Positions 21,941 to 32,217 of a DNA stretch of 64,000 nucleotides are shown piece after piece; within the stretch, counting starts at the first letter, position 1; each line of letters starts with the position of its first letter. Below the pieces are notes generated by a model that made no database searches, had not been told where the DNA came from, and saw only the letters and a program-made list of their open reading frames with translations. The translations under genes were made by a program, and so were the position numbers. Source of the stretch: Akkermansia sp. (GTDB taxonomy: Bacteria; Verrucomicrobiota; Verrucomicrobiia; Verrucomicrobiales; Akkermansiaceae); assembly GCA_017477935.1 (NCBI GenBank), contig JAFVIC010000003.1:64961-128960 (forward strand), given 5' to 3'.

Positions 21941-22630
21941 ATGCTCAGACACCTTATCATCGCCACGCTCTGCCTGTTCGCCCTGCCCGCCTGCAAAACG
22001 GTGCGCACGGTCTACGACATCAACGGCAACGAAGTCAAAGAACACGCCGGTGGCGAACGCTCGCTTGAAGATTACATGAGTGAAACCTTCGACAAGGAAG
22101 TCTCGCGTAAGAAAAATGAAGAAGGGGTTCCCGAATCATCTTCCAACAAAGTCAGCCGTTACCAGCGCGATATAGATGCCGCCCGCAAGAGCGACAAAAC
22201 CTTTATCACCGGCGCCTTCAGCGGGACCGGTTCCTACAGCGGCGCCGACCGCAATTTCAGCGGGGCCGGCAAAAAGTTCGATACAGGCAAACCTTACGCC
22301 GGCACTTACAACAGCGCCTACAGCACCGATTTGCGCCCCGATTTCATGAGCGACACCAAGGGCATCTACAGTCGGGATGACGCTTACGGCGTAAGCTCCG
22401 CCGACCGGGCCGCACAAGATGGCCAACCCTACGACGACTTCTCCCCCACTCACACGTACGGCACCGGTTACAGCGAAGATATATCGCGTGAGGATACCAG
22501 CGGCTATTTTGAAAGCCGTAAGGATAAGTTCGGCAAACCGCGCATCATCAGCCACCAGGACTACTACCGCAAAACCATCACCGAAACCCGCAGCATGCTC
22601 GGGCGAGATGAAGAACCGACCGAGGAATAA
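21941..22630 (+). CDS. Hypothetical lipoprotein
   Basis: MLRHLIIATLCLFALPAC signal/lipobox followed by a polar low-complexity body. Codon usage is gene-like. Confidence 0.65.
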   Translation: MLRHLIIATLCLFALPACKTVRTVYDINGNEVKEHAGGERSLEDYMSETFDKEVSRKKNEEGVPESSSNKVSRYQRDIDAARKSDKTFITGAFSGTGSYSGADRNFSGAGKKFDTGKPYAGTYNSAYSTDLRPDFMSDTKGIYSRDDAYGVSSADRAAQDGQPYDDFSPTHTYGTGYSEDISREDTSGYFESRKDKFGKPRIISHQDYYRKTITETRSMLGRDEEPTEE

Positions 22631-22652
22631 AGCGAAAAGAAGGGATAAAAAT

Positions 22653-23183
22653 ATGAAAACCTGTGCCGCCACCTTCATACTCTCCGCGATAACCCTTTGC
22701 ATGGGAGGAGCGACGCCTGCCATGGGGCATGATACCCCCAACTTCAGCAGTCTGCTACTGTACGGAGAATCTCTCAACACACTGCTCAACCGCCTGTTCC
22801 TCACACCGGGCTGTGACTGGACGCCCATTTTTGCCGGCTCGGTGGATACAGACGCCTGTATCGGCCAAACGCCTGCCGAAATGCACCCCACCCACTGCGG
22901 TCTGCCCTGCGTTCTCGGCCCCTGGTTCATGGCAGAAATCACGCAGGATAACACCACAACCCTATGCTGCATCGGCAGAACACCGGTTGCCATGCGCTGC
23001 TGCATTGTCTACACCTTCCGGGCAGATTCCCACGGCTGCTACCGCTTGGCGAGCGCAGATGTCGCCGCACCATTCCAGGGAGAATCAATCGGGAACATTT
23101 ACACCGGCTGGATCATCAGAGAGTATTGGGAGCACTTACCCGACTACCTGAAAGCAGCGAGCACTTTCGGTGACGAAAAATAG
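22653..23183 (+). CDS. Hypothetical secreted protein
   Basis: Signal-peptide-like N-terminus MKTCAATFILSAITLCMGG. Co-oriented with the upstream genes. Confidence 0.5.
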   Translation: MKTCAATFILSAITLCMGGATPAMGHDTPNFSSLLLYGESLNTLLNRLFLTPGCDWTPIFAGSVDTDACIGQTPAEMHPTHCGLPCVLGPWFMAEITQDNTTTLCCIGRTPVAMRCCIVYTFRADSHGCYRLASADVAAPFQGESIGNIYTGWIIREYWEHLPDYLKAASTFGDEK

Positions 23184-23232
23184 CCTTTGCTCTTGACGAA
23201 CAGGCGCCTTTTCTATATACTGCGCGCGCCGC

Positions 23233-24321
23233 ATGACCGCACTGACTCAAAATAACACCAAACGGCAAATTGTACAGTCACTCTATCTCTGCAAAGCCCT
23301 CATGGCTTTCCTGATTGTGACACGACATACAACATTCTGCTGCAAGGAGGCCCTGCTCCCACTCATCAGCATTGCCACGCCCACATTCTTCTGCATTACG
23401 GGCTATTTCCTCTACTCAGCCTCACAGGAACGAGAGCTGGGCAAATCCACCCGCTGGGCAAAGAAAGGGTTGATACTCTGTATCAGCATGAACCTCATTT
23501 ACCTGCTGCACCATACTATCGATGCAGCCCTGTGTGGTCGCACCTACACCCCCGCCTTCCTGGTCTGGGAGAGCCTTCCGTTCGGAGATTCAACAATCGG
23601 TAATTTCGTACTGAATATCATTACCGGCATATCCTACAGCTACCACCTGTGGTACCTGAGTGCCTTCTGGATGGCTATGCTCATTTTCTATGTGCTGCGC
23701 CGTTTCTGCCCGGCAGCCATCTACGCCACACCGCTGTTGTTTGCCTGGGCTCAGGTGTGCCACGCCTGGGGGCATGACATCTTCCCCGGCGCAAGCGAGG
23801 CCGTGCTGATTGTCCTGCGCTGCAATAGCCTGGCCATGGCGCTCCCCTTCATCTGCACCGGCTACATGATAGCCAAGCACAGTCAGGCACTGCTGCGTAT
23901 ACCCTACATACCCCTGTGGCTGGTTCTTTGCGGTGCTATTCTTTATAAGGGCGGGCTGTGGCTTTCGTACCTGCAAATCCACACCTATGGCTGGTGCTAC
24001 CACATCACAACCTACCTCATGGTCTGCTTCACCCTGCTGACCTGCCTGAAATACAGCCGAGCGCGTCTTCCTTTCCTCAATACCATCGGCCAACACCACT
24101 CAGCAAACATCTACTACACACACATTCTTATCTACATCCACCTCCTCCGCACAGACTTTCACCACGAATCGATTGATGCCCTGATTGTGTACCTGGCCAC
24201 CATCCCGCTCTCGTACGGTATCAATCACCTTGGAAGTGCCTGGAAATATATCCAAAAGCGAGTCTCCTCAAAGACGCAAGGCTCCGTTACCGGCGAAAAT
24301 AACATCAAAATCTCTGACTGA
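23233..24321 (+). CDS. Acyltransferase family 3 (membrane O-acyltransferase)
   Basis: K..MAFLIV.RH, ATPTFFCITGYF, YHLWYL, G.HSA.IY..H. About 10 TM segments. Confidence 0.8.
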   Translation: MTALTQNNTKRQIVQSLYLCKALMAFLIVTRHTTFCCKEALLPLISIATPTFFCITGYFLYSASQERELGKSTRWAKKGLILCISMNLIYLLHHTIDAALCGRTYTPAFLVWESLPFGDSTIGNFVLNIITGISYSYHLWYLSAFWMAMLIFYVLRRFCPAAIYATPLLFAWAQVCHAWGHDIFPGASEAVLIVLRCNSLAMALPFICTGYMIAKHSQALLRIPYIPLWLVLCGAILYKGGLWLSYLQIHTYGWCYHITTYLMVCFTLLTCLKYSRARLPFLNTIGQHHSANIYYTHILIYIHLLRTDFHHESIDALIVYLATIPLSYGINHLGSAWKYIQKRVSSKTQGSVTGENNIKISD

Positions 24322-24389
24322 ACAATACAATTTATCAGGCGTCTTTTTGCCTTGACTTACGGGGGAAAAAATGGTAGTAGTAAGTCACT

Positions 24390-26201
24390 ATGACCATCCC
24401 TCGCAAAATAGCCGCAGCGGCGGCCATGCTCGTGGGGTTGCTCGGCACAGCGACAGCAGCGGACGAGCGACCGAATATTCTCTTCATCATCTCCGATGAC
24501 CATGGCACGAATGCCCTGGGCACCTGTGAAAAAGACAGCCCCGTACCCCTGCCGGGCTTCCGCCGTCTGGCCAACGAAGGTATGGTGTTTGACCGCGCCT
24601 ACTGTGCAAACTCGCTGTGTGGCCCTTCCCGCGCCTGCATGCTCACGGGGCGCCACTCACACAACAACGGGTTCCTGTACAACTACGGTGGCCCGGCCTT
24701 CAACGGCGACCAGCCCACTTACCCCAAGATGCTGCAGAAAGCCGGCTACCAGACCGGTATTGTGGGCAAGTGGCACCTTATCTCCCGCCCTACAGGCTTC
24801 GACTCCTGGCAGGTGTTCCCCAGCCAGGGTGATTACCTGAACTCTACCTTCCTTTCCGCCGGCCCGAATGGCAGCACCCGCACCAACCGCATGCGTGGCT
24901 ATGTGACTGATGTGGTGACCAACATGGCTATCACCTGGATGGAGAGCCGCGACCGCAGCAAGCCCTTCGCCCTCATCGTAGGTCACAAGGCCCCCCACCG
25001 CAACTGGCTGCCCGCCGTGCGCCACCTCGACCTCATCAAGAAGCATGTGGCCAAGATGACCCCGCCCGCAACCCTGCACGATGACTGGAGCGACCGCCCC
25101 GAGTTCATGCGCCACAACCGCCAGAGCGTGGGCTGGGACCTCTGCAACTGGAACGACAACCACCTGGTATACGAGCGCATTCCCTTCGATGTCATGAAAG
25201 ACATCGTACCCAAGGGGCAGCTGCGCAACAAGATTAAGAACGGCGAGTTCAAGGGACAAATCCCCGCTGACTTCGACATCGAAAAACACGAACCCCGCTT
25301 CGCCCCCAAGACCAACCTCGGTTGGGGGATGGACTGGATTGAACCCGGCCTGCAGACTGTGTACCGCAACCACTTCAACACCCGTACAGATGAGTTCGTG
25401 GCTAACTTCCGCGCCGGCAAGTACAAGACCCAGCGCGACATGACCGAGCAGCGCTGGCGCTGGTACATGGAGGACTACCTCGGCTGCATTCTCTCGCTGG
25501 ATGAGTCCATCTCCTCCCTGCTGGATTACCTCGACAACGCCGGGCTGTCCGAAAACACGCTCGTAATTTACGTAGGCGACCAGAGCTTCTACCTCGGTGA
25601 GCATGGCCTGTACGACAAGCGCTGGATTTTCGAGGAGTCGATGCGCATGCCGCTCATCATGCGCTGGAAGGGGCAAATCCCCGCCGGCAAGCGCAGTCAG
25701 GCCATGGTGCAGAATATCGACTACGCTCCCACTCTGCTCGAAGTAGCCAAGGCCGATACACCCGAAAACACCCGCACTATGGAGGGTACTTCCCTCGTGC
25801 CGCTCTTTGCCACGGGTGAAGCCCCTCAGTTCGTCGACCGTCCGCTCTACTATGCCTTCTACGAGCAGCCGGGTGAGCACAACGCCCCCCGCCACGACGG
25901 CATCCGCACGCAGCGCTACACCTTCGCCCGTATCTGGACCCCGCTCGACTATGAGCGCAAGAGCGGCAAACGCGTGCCGGCCAACGAGTGGTTGCTCATT
26001 GACAATGAGAAGGACCCGCAGCAGATGCACAATGTCTCCCAGGACCCCGCCTATGCTGAGGTCATGAAGGAGCTGACGGAGAAGTACAACGCCGCCCGCG
26101 CCCTGTACCGTGTGCCCGCCGACTGCCCCGGCAGCGGTAACCGCATACCCGACTTCCTGCCCTCCTGGGGGCCGGGGGAGGATGACCGCATTAAGAAGTA
26201 A
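24390..26201 (+). CDS. Secreted formylglycine-dependent sulfatase (GlcNAc-6-sulfatase-like)
   Basis: Signal peptide, RPNILFIISDDH, CANSLCGPSRACMLTG (CxPxR), GKWHL, DQSFYLGEHG.YDKRW.FEES.R.P. Confidence 0.92.
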   Translation: MTIPRKIAAAAAMLVGLLGTATAADERPNILFIISDDHGTNALGTCEKDSPVPLPGFRRLANEGMVFDRAYCANSLCGPSRACMLTGRHSHNNGFLYNYGGPAFNGDQPTYPKMLQKAGYQTGIVGKWHLISRPTGFDSWQVFPSQGDYLNSTFLSAGPNGSTRTNRMRGYVTDVVTNMAITWMESRDRSKPFALIVGHKAPHRNWLPAVRHLDLIKKHVAKMTPPATLHDDWSDRPEFMRHNRQSVGWDLCNWNDNHLVYERIPFDVMKDIVPKGQLRNKIKNGEFKGQIPADFDIEKHEPRFAPKTNLGWGMDWIEPGLQTVYRNHFNTRTDEFVANFRAGKYKTQRDMTEQRWRWYMEDYLGCILSLDESISSLLDYLDNAGLSENTLVIYVGDQSFYLGEHGLYDKRWIFEESMRMPLIMRWKGQIPAGKRSQAMVQNIDYAPTLLEVAKADTPENTRTMEGTSLVPLFATGEAPQFVDRPLYYAFYEQPGEHNAPRHDGIRTQRYTFARIWTPLDYERKSGKRVPANEWLLIDNEKDPQQMHNVSQDPAYAEVMKELTEKYNAARALYRVPADCPGSGNRIPDFLPSWGPGEDDRIKK

Positions 26202-26227
26202 AGTTTCACAGCTTTCCCCCTCACACA

Positions 26228-26268
26228 ACCGCCGCCGCAATCATTCGCAGCGGCGGTTGTTTTTTTTT
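26228..26268 (+). terminator. Intrinsic terminator after the sulfatase
   Basis: AACCGCCGC...GCGGCGGTT followed by a T-run. Confidence 0.75.
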
Positions 26269-26389
26269 GCGGGAGGGGTAAAGTCGCCGCGAAGGGTGAC
26301 GCCGCCGCAATGGTTCATTTTCGATTTGCTCTCTGCAAAAATCTGCGGTAAATAACAGGCGTCGACTCAACCGCTCGGCACCTGATACC

Positions 26390-26908
26390 ATGCAAACAAT
26401 AGAAACTCAGCTACATCGGCAATACGCCATCACCGCCACCAGCCCCTGCACAGTCACCGCCAATGACGGCATGTTACTTTGCACCGCTCAACCGGGAGAG
26501 CAGAAGATTTTTACGGCCATTTCCGGCAGCGTTAATGTAAGTGATCCCGCCGCTGTCATCTCACTTCTGTTCGGAAAATTCACGGAAAACAGTGCGACAG
26601 ATGTGCCCCAGCCCTTCCATACCGGAGCCCGGCCTGACATACTGCAAGCCGGCCATGTATATGACCTCGGCGTTCTTTCTACGGATACCGATTTGACAGG
26701 ACTAATGTTCTCTGCAAAAGAACATGTTCAAACGGCGGAACTCTGGTTCAGCACCGGAAGTACAGCTCCGACTATCATTTGGCCGGTCGATTGCATTTGG
26801 ATTGGCCTTTTTCCGGCTCTGACAACCAACATGGCTTACCGATTTGCTATACGCCAAGAACCTTCCGGCAAACTCTTCATCAACCTCGCTTATGAATATC
26901 CCGCATAA
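26390..26908 (+). CDS. Hypothetical protein, phage tail-associated-like
   Basis: 172 aa, beta-rich. The C-terminal 'LDLTGLMF...AELWF.TG...IWP..W..P....YRFAIR' pattern resembles tail-fibre appendage domains. Overlaps the next ORF. Confidence 0.5.
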   Translation: MQTIETQLHRQYAITATSPCTVTANDGMLLCTAQPGEQKIFTAISGSVNVSDPAAVISLLFGKFTENSATDVPQPFHTGARPDILQAGHVYDLGVLSTDTDLTGLMFSAKEHVQTAELWFSTGSTAPTIIWPVDCIWIGLFPALTTNMAYRFAIRQEPSGKLFINLAYEYPA

Positions 26909-27929
26909 ACTCTACCCACTTGGCAATACTCTCACCCTGCCGGTTGGTTATATAGAGCTGGATTTCTTAGAAAGTACCGGTGAACAGTATATCAATACAG
27001 ATTACATACCTGACAACAACACAGGGATTAGCTGTATACATGAATACCGCTCTGCATCAGACACCATCATATTCGGCTGCAGAAATTCCGCTTCCACCGA
27101 AACTCGATTTTACTGCACCCGAGGGGTTCGTTCATCGGAACACACCGCCACAGATGGTTTCGGCTGGGGACAATGGACCATCATAAGGAGCACCATCCAA
27201 ACCATACGCACCCGTCTGACTGGCTCGCTCAATTGGTTGAACTCCATGAAGGCACGCCACCCCATCTATCATACTAACCTAACAGAGCTACCATATAGGC
27301 CTAATTGTCCGCTTTACCTTTTTGCCGCTAATATAGGGAATCAGGTTTCCCTGGCCGCATCGGCACGTATATGGCGTGCCGGAATTTCAGCATATAATCA
27401 CATTGTACATTATTTTATACCTGCTCTTACATCAGACGGTATTCCCTGTATGTACTGCCCCCTGTCAAAAAAAACAATTTTCAATGAAGGCAACGGCAGT
27501 CCCCTGGTGGCAGGAGTAGCGTCCATTGAAGCCCTACGCAAATTACTCATCGCTTTGCCTTCCACCGGCGGAGATATCAAGTTAAGCCTGCCGAGCAATG
27601 CCAACACCCCTGACCTTGCTGAACAAATGGCCTTAACTGCCGCAACCAAGGGATGGACCCTTACCATCTATGAATATCGAAAGAACGTGCCTGCGACATA
27701 TTCACTGCGCCGCGTGCGCGAAGGAGTGTGGTGCCGCAAGACTCCGTCTGAACACGGCCGATACGCTGATAACTCCGGGAAGCGCTGGCAGGTGGAATAC
27801 TGTGCCGACATCTTCACACCCCATGGCCACCCCCCATCTGAACTCGGTTATGAACTTTTTGAAACAGTAAATGAAGCGACCGAAAACTGGGGATTATACC
27901 TGATGGAAGAGTCAGCAACTACTATCTGA
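26892..27929 (+). CDS. Hypothetical protein with phage tail-fibre-like LPxGY.ELxxLESTGxQYI motif and a ConA-like domain
   Basis: TLPVGYIELDFLESTGEQYINTDY; LYLFAAN...RIWRA...FIPAL...G.PCMY. Start ATG 26892 overlaps the upstream stop. Confidence 0.55.
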   Translation: MNIPHKLYPLGNTLTLPVGYIELDFLESTGEQYINTDYIPDNNTGISCIHEYRSASDTIIFGCRNSASTETRFYCTRGVRSSEHTATDGFGWGQWTIIRSTIQTIRTRLTGSLNWLNSMKARHPIYHTNLTELPYRPNCPLYLFAANIGNQVSLAASARIWRAGISAYNHIVHYFIPALTSDGIPCMYCPLSKKTIFNEGNGSPLVAGVASIEALRKLLIALPSTGGDIKLSLPSNANTPDLAEQMALTAATKGWTLTIYEYRKNVPATYSLRRVREGVWCRKTPSEHGRYADNSGKRWQVEYCADIFTPHGHPPSELGYELFETVNEATENWGLYLMEESATTI

Positions 27930-27933
27930 CAAC

Positions 27934-27968
27934 TAAAATGCCATGTGCATATTTTCACATGGCATTTT
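27934..27968. terminator. Bidirectional hairpin between convergent genes
   Basis: AAAATGCCATGTG-CATATTTT-CACATGGCATTTT. Confidence 0.75.
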
Positions 27969-27994
27969 AACTTTCTCCTAATATCTTTTTGAGC

Positions 27995-29461
27995 TTAACA
28001 ATCCTTTTTGGCTACGGAAAACTTTTTCTGGAACTGCTTCTTCACCTCTGAGAAAATCTCACAAAAAGCTTCTTCTTTCATCGCATACAACACTCCAAAA
28101 TATATCAACACTGAAATGCCACCGCCCAGCAAAATCTGGAAAAACGGATGCAACTCACACTGAGTGATACAATACGCAGGAATCACACTAATAAAAGCCA
28201 GCGCAAAATAAGGCAAATAATCTCGCTGCTGGCGCCACCACGACAAGTTAATCAGTTTACCCGTATAAAAAGAATTAATGATAACTGCAATCTGAGTATA
28301 AATCACCATTCCCCAACAAATAGCTTCCACTCCTATAGTGGCAGCATATAAAAGAATGGCCACTGATATGCTCTTCTTAATAACCTCGAGCTTCAGCACA
28401 ATTCCAGAACGCCCCTTCACTTTCAACAAATTAAGATTGATGCTACAGATATGATCAAATGCGTACGCAAAGCTCAGAATCTGTATATAAACTGCGCAGG
28501 GCACCCACGAAGCACCATAAAGAATATACACTCCCGGAGCTGCCAATGATGCCATCAGCACACAAAGCCAAGCTATACACACGGTACTAACCTTTATATA
28601 TTTGCGATATGCTCTGGCCAACCGTTCATCATCATGCTGGACCGTTGCCAAAATAGGGTAAGTAATTGATGCCAACACACCATTGATTGTGACAGGTGCC
28701 AACTCAGACAAATGCTGGCCGCGGCTGTACAACCCAAGCTGTGCGGCGGAATAAAATTTACCTATGATAAATGTTCGAAGCTGGGTATACAGGGTATGCA
28801 GCAAACCGGCACAGGCTAACTTACTACCAAAACCAAACAGGCTACGGAAAGATTGTGTGGAAAAAACTAATCGAGGTTTCCAAGGGGAGCGAATCCATAA
28901 CAGTGATAATGAGACGAATGACGCTACAACATTCTGCGCCATCAGGGCCCATACGCCCCAGCCCAGCCATGCCAGCAACAGACATATCGGCATGCCGCTA
29001 AATGCACTCAGCATGCCTATCTTAGCCAAAGTTTTGAAATCTCTGCGCCGCTGAAAAAGTGTTTTGTGTACACTCGTTGTGGACATCATCAACATCATCA
29101 CGGCAGATACACGAGTCAACCACAATAACTCCGGCTGCTGATAAAAAGACGCAAACCAAGGCGCTAAAAGAAACAGCGTAAGACTGAGCACAAAACTCAT
29201 CAACAGATTGAACCAGAACATCGTGTCGACGTCCTCGTCCGTCATGTCGCTTTTGCGTATGAGTGCAGATCCGAATCCGGCCTCAGCCAAACACCCTGCA
29301 ACAGCAAAGAATATGGCCGTCAGCCCCAGAATACCCATCTCTGACGGCGTAATCAAACGGGCCAGCACCATACCAAAAACCATCTGCACAGGCTGCACAG
29401 TGAGAGTTTGTAAAAAACTCCACTTTGCACTCTTAACGGTTTCTGATTTGATGCTGCCCAT
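27995..29461 (-). CDS. wzx: Polysaccharide flippase (Wzx/WzxC type)
   Basis: VKSAKWS, LARLITPSEMG, GFGSALIR, LF.FGSKL, IIGKFYSAAQLGLYSRG. 12-14 TM segments. Confidence 0.92.
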   Translation of the reverse strand: MGSIKSETVKSAKWSFLQTLTVQPVQMVFGMVLARLITPSEMGILGLTAIFFAVAGCLAEAGFGSALIRKSDMTDEDVDTMFWFNLLMSFVLSLTLFLLAPWFASFYQQPELLWLTRVSAVMMLMMSTTSVHKTLFQRRRDFKTLAKIGMLSAFSGMPICLLLAWLGWGVWALMAQNVVASFVSLSLLWIRSPWKPRLVFSTQSFRSLFGFGSKLACAGLLHTLYTQLRTFIIGKFYSAAQLGLYSRGQHLSELAPVTINGVLASITYPILATVQHDDERLARAYRKYIKVSTVCIAWLCVLMASLAAPGVYILYGASWVPCAVYIQILSFAYAFDHICSINLNLLKVKGRSGIVLKLEVIKKSISVAILLYAATIGVEAICWGMVIYTQIAVIINSFYTGKLINLSWWRQQRDYLPYFALAFISVIPAYCITQCELHPFFQILLGGGISVLIYFGVLYAMKEEAFCEIFSEVKKQFQKKFSVAKKDC

Positions 29462-29480
29462 CTGTTGACAAACTCAAAAT

Positions 29481-30371
29481 CTATTTGGCTATCAGCTCAT
29501 ATAAATGGTGAGCAAACACTATGTCATGCAATGCTAAACCTATATTGTAACTGAGAATTTGCTCCTCATCATTTTGTCTACCTTGGACAGTTCCGTCCAA
29601 CACATCAGGCAATTCTGCAAATGATTTAAAACGATTAAAATATTTAAACCCGTCTACATGTGAAGTATCATCTGCAAATACCCGGTCAAACGTCAAGTCA
29701 CAATTTTGAAAGCCTCGCGTATGAACCGGGACAACAAGACAACCGGGACGATAGGCCTCGACAGGAGCAATCAAATCACCAGCGTACGTAATACACGAGA
29801 TAACAACATCACTAGCGCGAACCATCTCCTCCGGAGTTTCGGATACTACAATATTCCAACAGGTATTGTCTCGTATCCACCCCTCAATTCTCTCAACATG
29901 ATCTTTGTATTTCAATAAATTGAGAGTTATCTTTCGTTCAGAATAAATGGCAGCCAGACATTTGATGGTTGCCACACCGGTAGAGCCCAGCCCCATAACA
30001 CCGATGCTCTCAAAATCCGATTTAGCCAAAGTTTCTACCGCGACAGCCGCCACCGCACCGGTGCGGAATGTCGTAATATGGTATGCATCCATCAGGCTCA
30101 ATAACTCACCATCAGAATAGCGATACAACAACAACTCACCATCCACAGATGGCACCCTATTCGAGTATCTGGTTACTATCTTTGCACCAAATACGTTCAA
30201 TGAAGGAACCATGCACGGCATGGTATTCATGAAATTCAGTTCTTCGAATGGAATACTAATCTTATGCGGCAATTTAGATTTCTTTTTAAGGGAAAAGGAC
30301 TCCTTTACCCAAGTTACAGCCTTCGCATAAGACAACTGAGCTTCAACCTGTTCGTTAGTAATGATTTTCAT
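29481..30371 (-). CDS. Ornithine cyclodeaminase / mu-crystallin family protein
   Basis: GAKIVT, LLSLMDA..IT.FRTGAVAA, GVMGLGSTG Rossmann motif, SDVVIS, GLAL.DI..A. Confidence 0.85.
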   Translation of the reverse strand: MKIITNEQVEAQLSYAKAVTWVKESFSLKKKSKLPHKISIPFEELNFMNTMPCMVPSLNVFGAKIVTRYSNRVPSVDGELLLYRYSDGELLSLMDAYHITTFRTGAVAAVAVETLAKSDFESIGVMGLGSTGVATIKCLAAIYSERKITLNLLKYKDHVERIEGWIRDNTCWNIVVSETPEEMVRASDVVISCITYAGDLIAPVEAYRPGCLVVPVHTRGFQNCDLTFDRVFADDTSHVDGFKYFNRFKSFAELPDVLDGTVQGRQNDEEQILSYNIGLALHDIVFAHHLYELIAK

Positions 30372-30382
30372 AATTAGATTGA

Positions 30383-32203
30383 TTAAATGTTTTTCATTGC
30401 CTCAGTCAAAGCATTATTATCCTTTTCATCTCGTACCGCGATACGGATGAAATTGCGCCCCTTCATGGCATTCTTTCCACTGCAATCTTTAATGAGGATA
30501 TCATGCTTCTCAAGAAGTGTCTCAGTAAGCTGGCGAGAGGTATAAGGCGGCAGCACTTCACAGAGGAAATAATTCGCCTGACTGGGCAAAACACGGAGGA
30601 AAGGAACGGCTGAGAGTTCATTCATAAAACGCCTGCGCTCATTCATAAACTGAACACAAGCCTGCTGATAATTTTTCTCATACTTGCCGAAAATCTGCAT
30701 GTAGAACTCACCCAGAGAATTGATATTCCATATAGCAACATCTTTCTTGAGCCAACTGATAAATTGCTCATCACCGCTTGCCATGATACCGAGTCTCAGT
30801 CCGGGTACACCGTAGGACTTAGAGATACTCTTAACCACTACAAGGTGGGGATAGCTCTCAAGCACTGAGTTGGTCAAAAGTGTGTTATTCGGTGTACCTT
30901 CGGAGAAATCAACAAAAGACTCATCAATGATAAGCTTAATTCCCTTCTTACTGCTCCATGCGCACAGGCGCAACACATCTGCCCTGGGTATAAAATTGCC
31001 GCTGGGATTATCAGGGTTAACCACCAACAGAGTGCTGATATCCTTATCTTCAAAATACTCCATCAGCATATCTGCCGTATAGGCAAAATCATGCTCCACA
31101 GTTTCAAAACAGACCAATCGATCTTTGCTGAGTCTGTTCGGGTATTCCTCGAAGGTTGGCAACACCACGCCCAGCTTACCCTCGAGAGACTCCATAAGCC
31201 CCTTGATAAGTTCAGCCGCACCATTACCCACACATACATAATTGTGCTTAATGCCGAAATATTTGCCGGCAAGCAGGCTATTAACTCTCATACCGGAGGG
31301 ATAATTGCACACCAAGCGATCAAAATTAGCCTTCAGCTCCGACATCAAGCGAGAATTCGGGAAATAGGGATTAACCAGATAGCAGAAGTCCAGAATGCGG
31401 GGATAACGCCAATAGCCACCATAGCGGCCTTCCATTTTTTTGAGTTTCTCTTCCGGTTTGCAGAACATAGATTCCGCAATATCAAGATCCTGAACATCGT
31501 CAATCTCATACCATGCTTCACCGCTCAAACGCAAAGCCTTGATTTCCGGTTTATCCAGCAGTGCGATAACACGCAATACCTGTTCATAATATTCGTTATT
31601 ACCCAGAGCTTTGCTATATGCTGCAAGGAACGGTACATAGTGAGAAGTTGAGAACTCTTTGCTGAACTTATAGATGTTGACCGTTTTGTAATAATTCTCT
31701 GTGGCCTCGTGTGAGAATTTGCTGCCGGGAATAAAGCTCTTGATATTATCCTCGTAGTCTAAGGTAACGACGGTACCATCCATCCAGCTCTCAAACTTGT
31801 CCACCAGAGCCAAACTGGGATAAGGATTCTGAACAATACGCTCAATCACAGAATCTTCCATAATCAAGTCCGATTCAAACAAGAGGGTATCTTCCCGCAT
31901 CAGATAATCCTTTGCAAGATAGAGAGAGTAAATATTATTTGTCGTGGCGTAGATAGGATTGTCAACATACTCAATGGCGCACTTTATGCCCAGAGTATCC
32001 ACATACTCTCTGAGTTTGCGGCCTTCATAACCGGTAACAATAACTATACGGGAAAGGGCTTCCGGTGCTTTCACCTTCTCCAATTGCCTGAGCAAGCGTT
32101 CAATGAGCGTCACCCCGTTGACCTTGACCATACATTTGGTATTATTCTGGGTGAGATCGCCAAGGCGCTTTCCCATACCAGCGGCTAAAATAATGGCTTG
32201 CAT
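30383..32203 (-). CDS. Fusion: LicC-like nucleotidyl(cytidylyl)transferase + class I/II PLP enzyme (CobD/HisC-like)
   Basis: N-terminal QAIILAAGMGKRLG..T...KCM, NNIYSL, WYEIDD.QDL. C-terminal GNGAAELI, NPDNPSG, IIDESF, PLP-lysine KSISKSYGVPGLRLG, SQANY. Confidence 0.88.
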   Translation of the reverse strand: MQAIILAAGMGKRLGDLTQNNTKCMVKVNGVTLIERLLRQLEKVKAPEALSRIVIVTGYEGRKLREYVDTLGIKCAIEYVDNPIYATTNNIYSLYLAKDYLMREDTLLFESDLIMEDSVIERIVQNPYPSLALVDKFESWMDGTVVTLDYEDNIKSFIPGSKFSHEATENYYKTVNIYKFSKEFSTSHYVPFLAAYSKALGNNEYYEQVLRVIALLDKPEIKALRLSGEAWYEIDDVQDLDIAESMFCKPEEKLKKMEGRYGGYWRYPRILDFCYLVNPYFPNSRLMSELKANFDRLVCNYPSGMRVNSLLAGKYFGIKHNYVCVGNGAAELIKGLMESLEGKLGVVLPTFEEYPNRLSKDRLVCFETVEHDFAYTADMLMEYFEDKDISTLLVVNPDNPSGNFIPRADVLRLCAWSSKKGIKLIIDESFVDFSEGTPNNTLLTNSVLESYPHLVVVKSISKSYGVPGLRLGIMASGDEQFISWLKKDVAIWNINSLGEFYMQIFGKYEKNYQQACVQFMNERRRFMNELSAVPFLRVLPSQANYFLCEVLPPYTSRQLTETLLEKHDILIKDCSGKNAMKGRNFIRIAVRDEKDNNALTEAMKNI

Positions 32204-32217
32204 AATAACTGATAAAA

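Noticed and set aside
26390-27929. Intact prophage
   Set aside because: Only two tail-like genes; no structural, packaging, lysis or integration modules.
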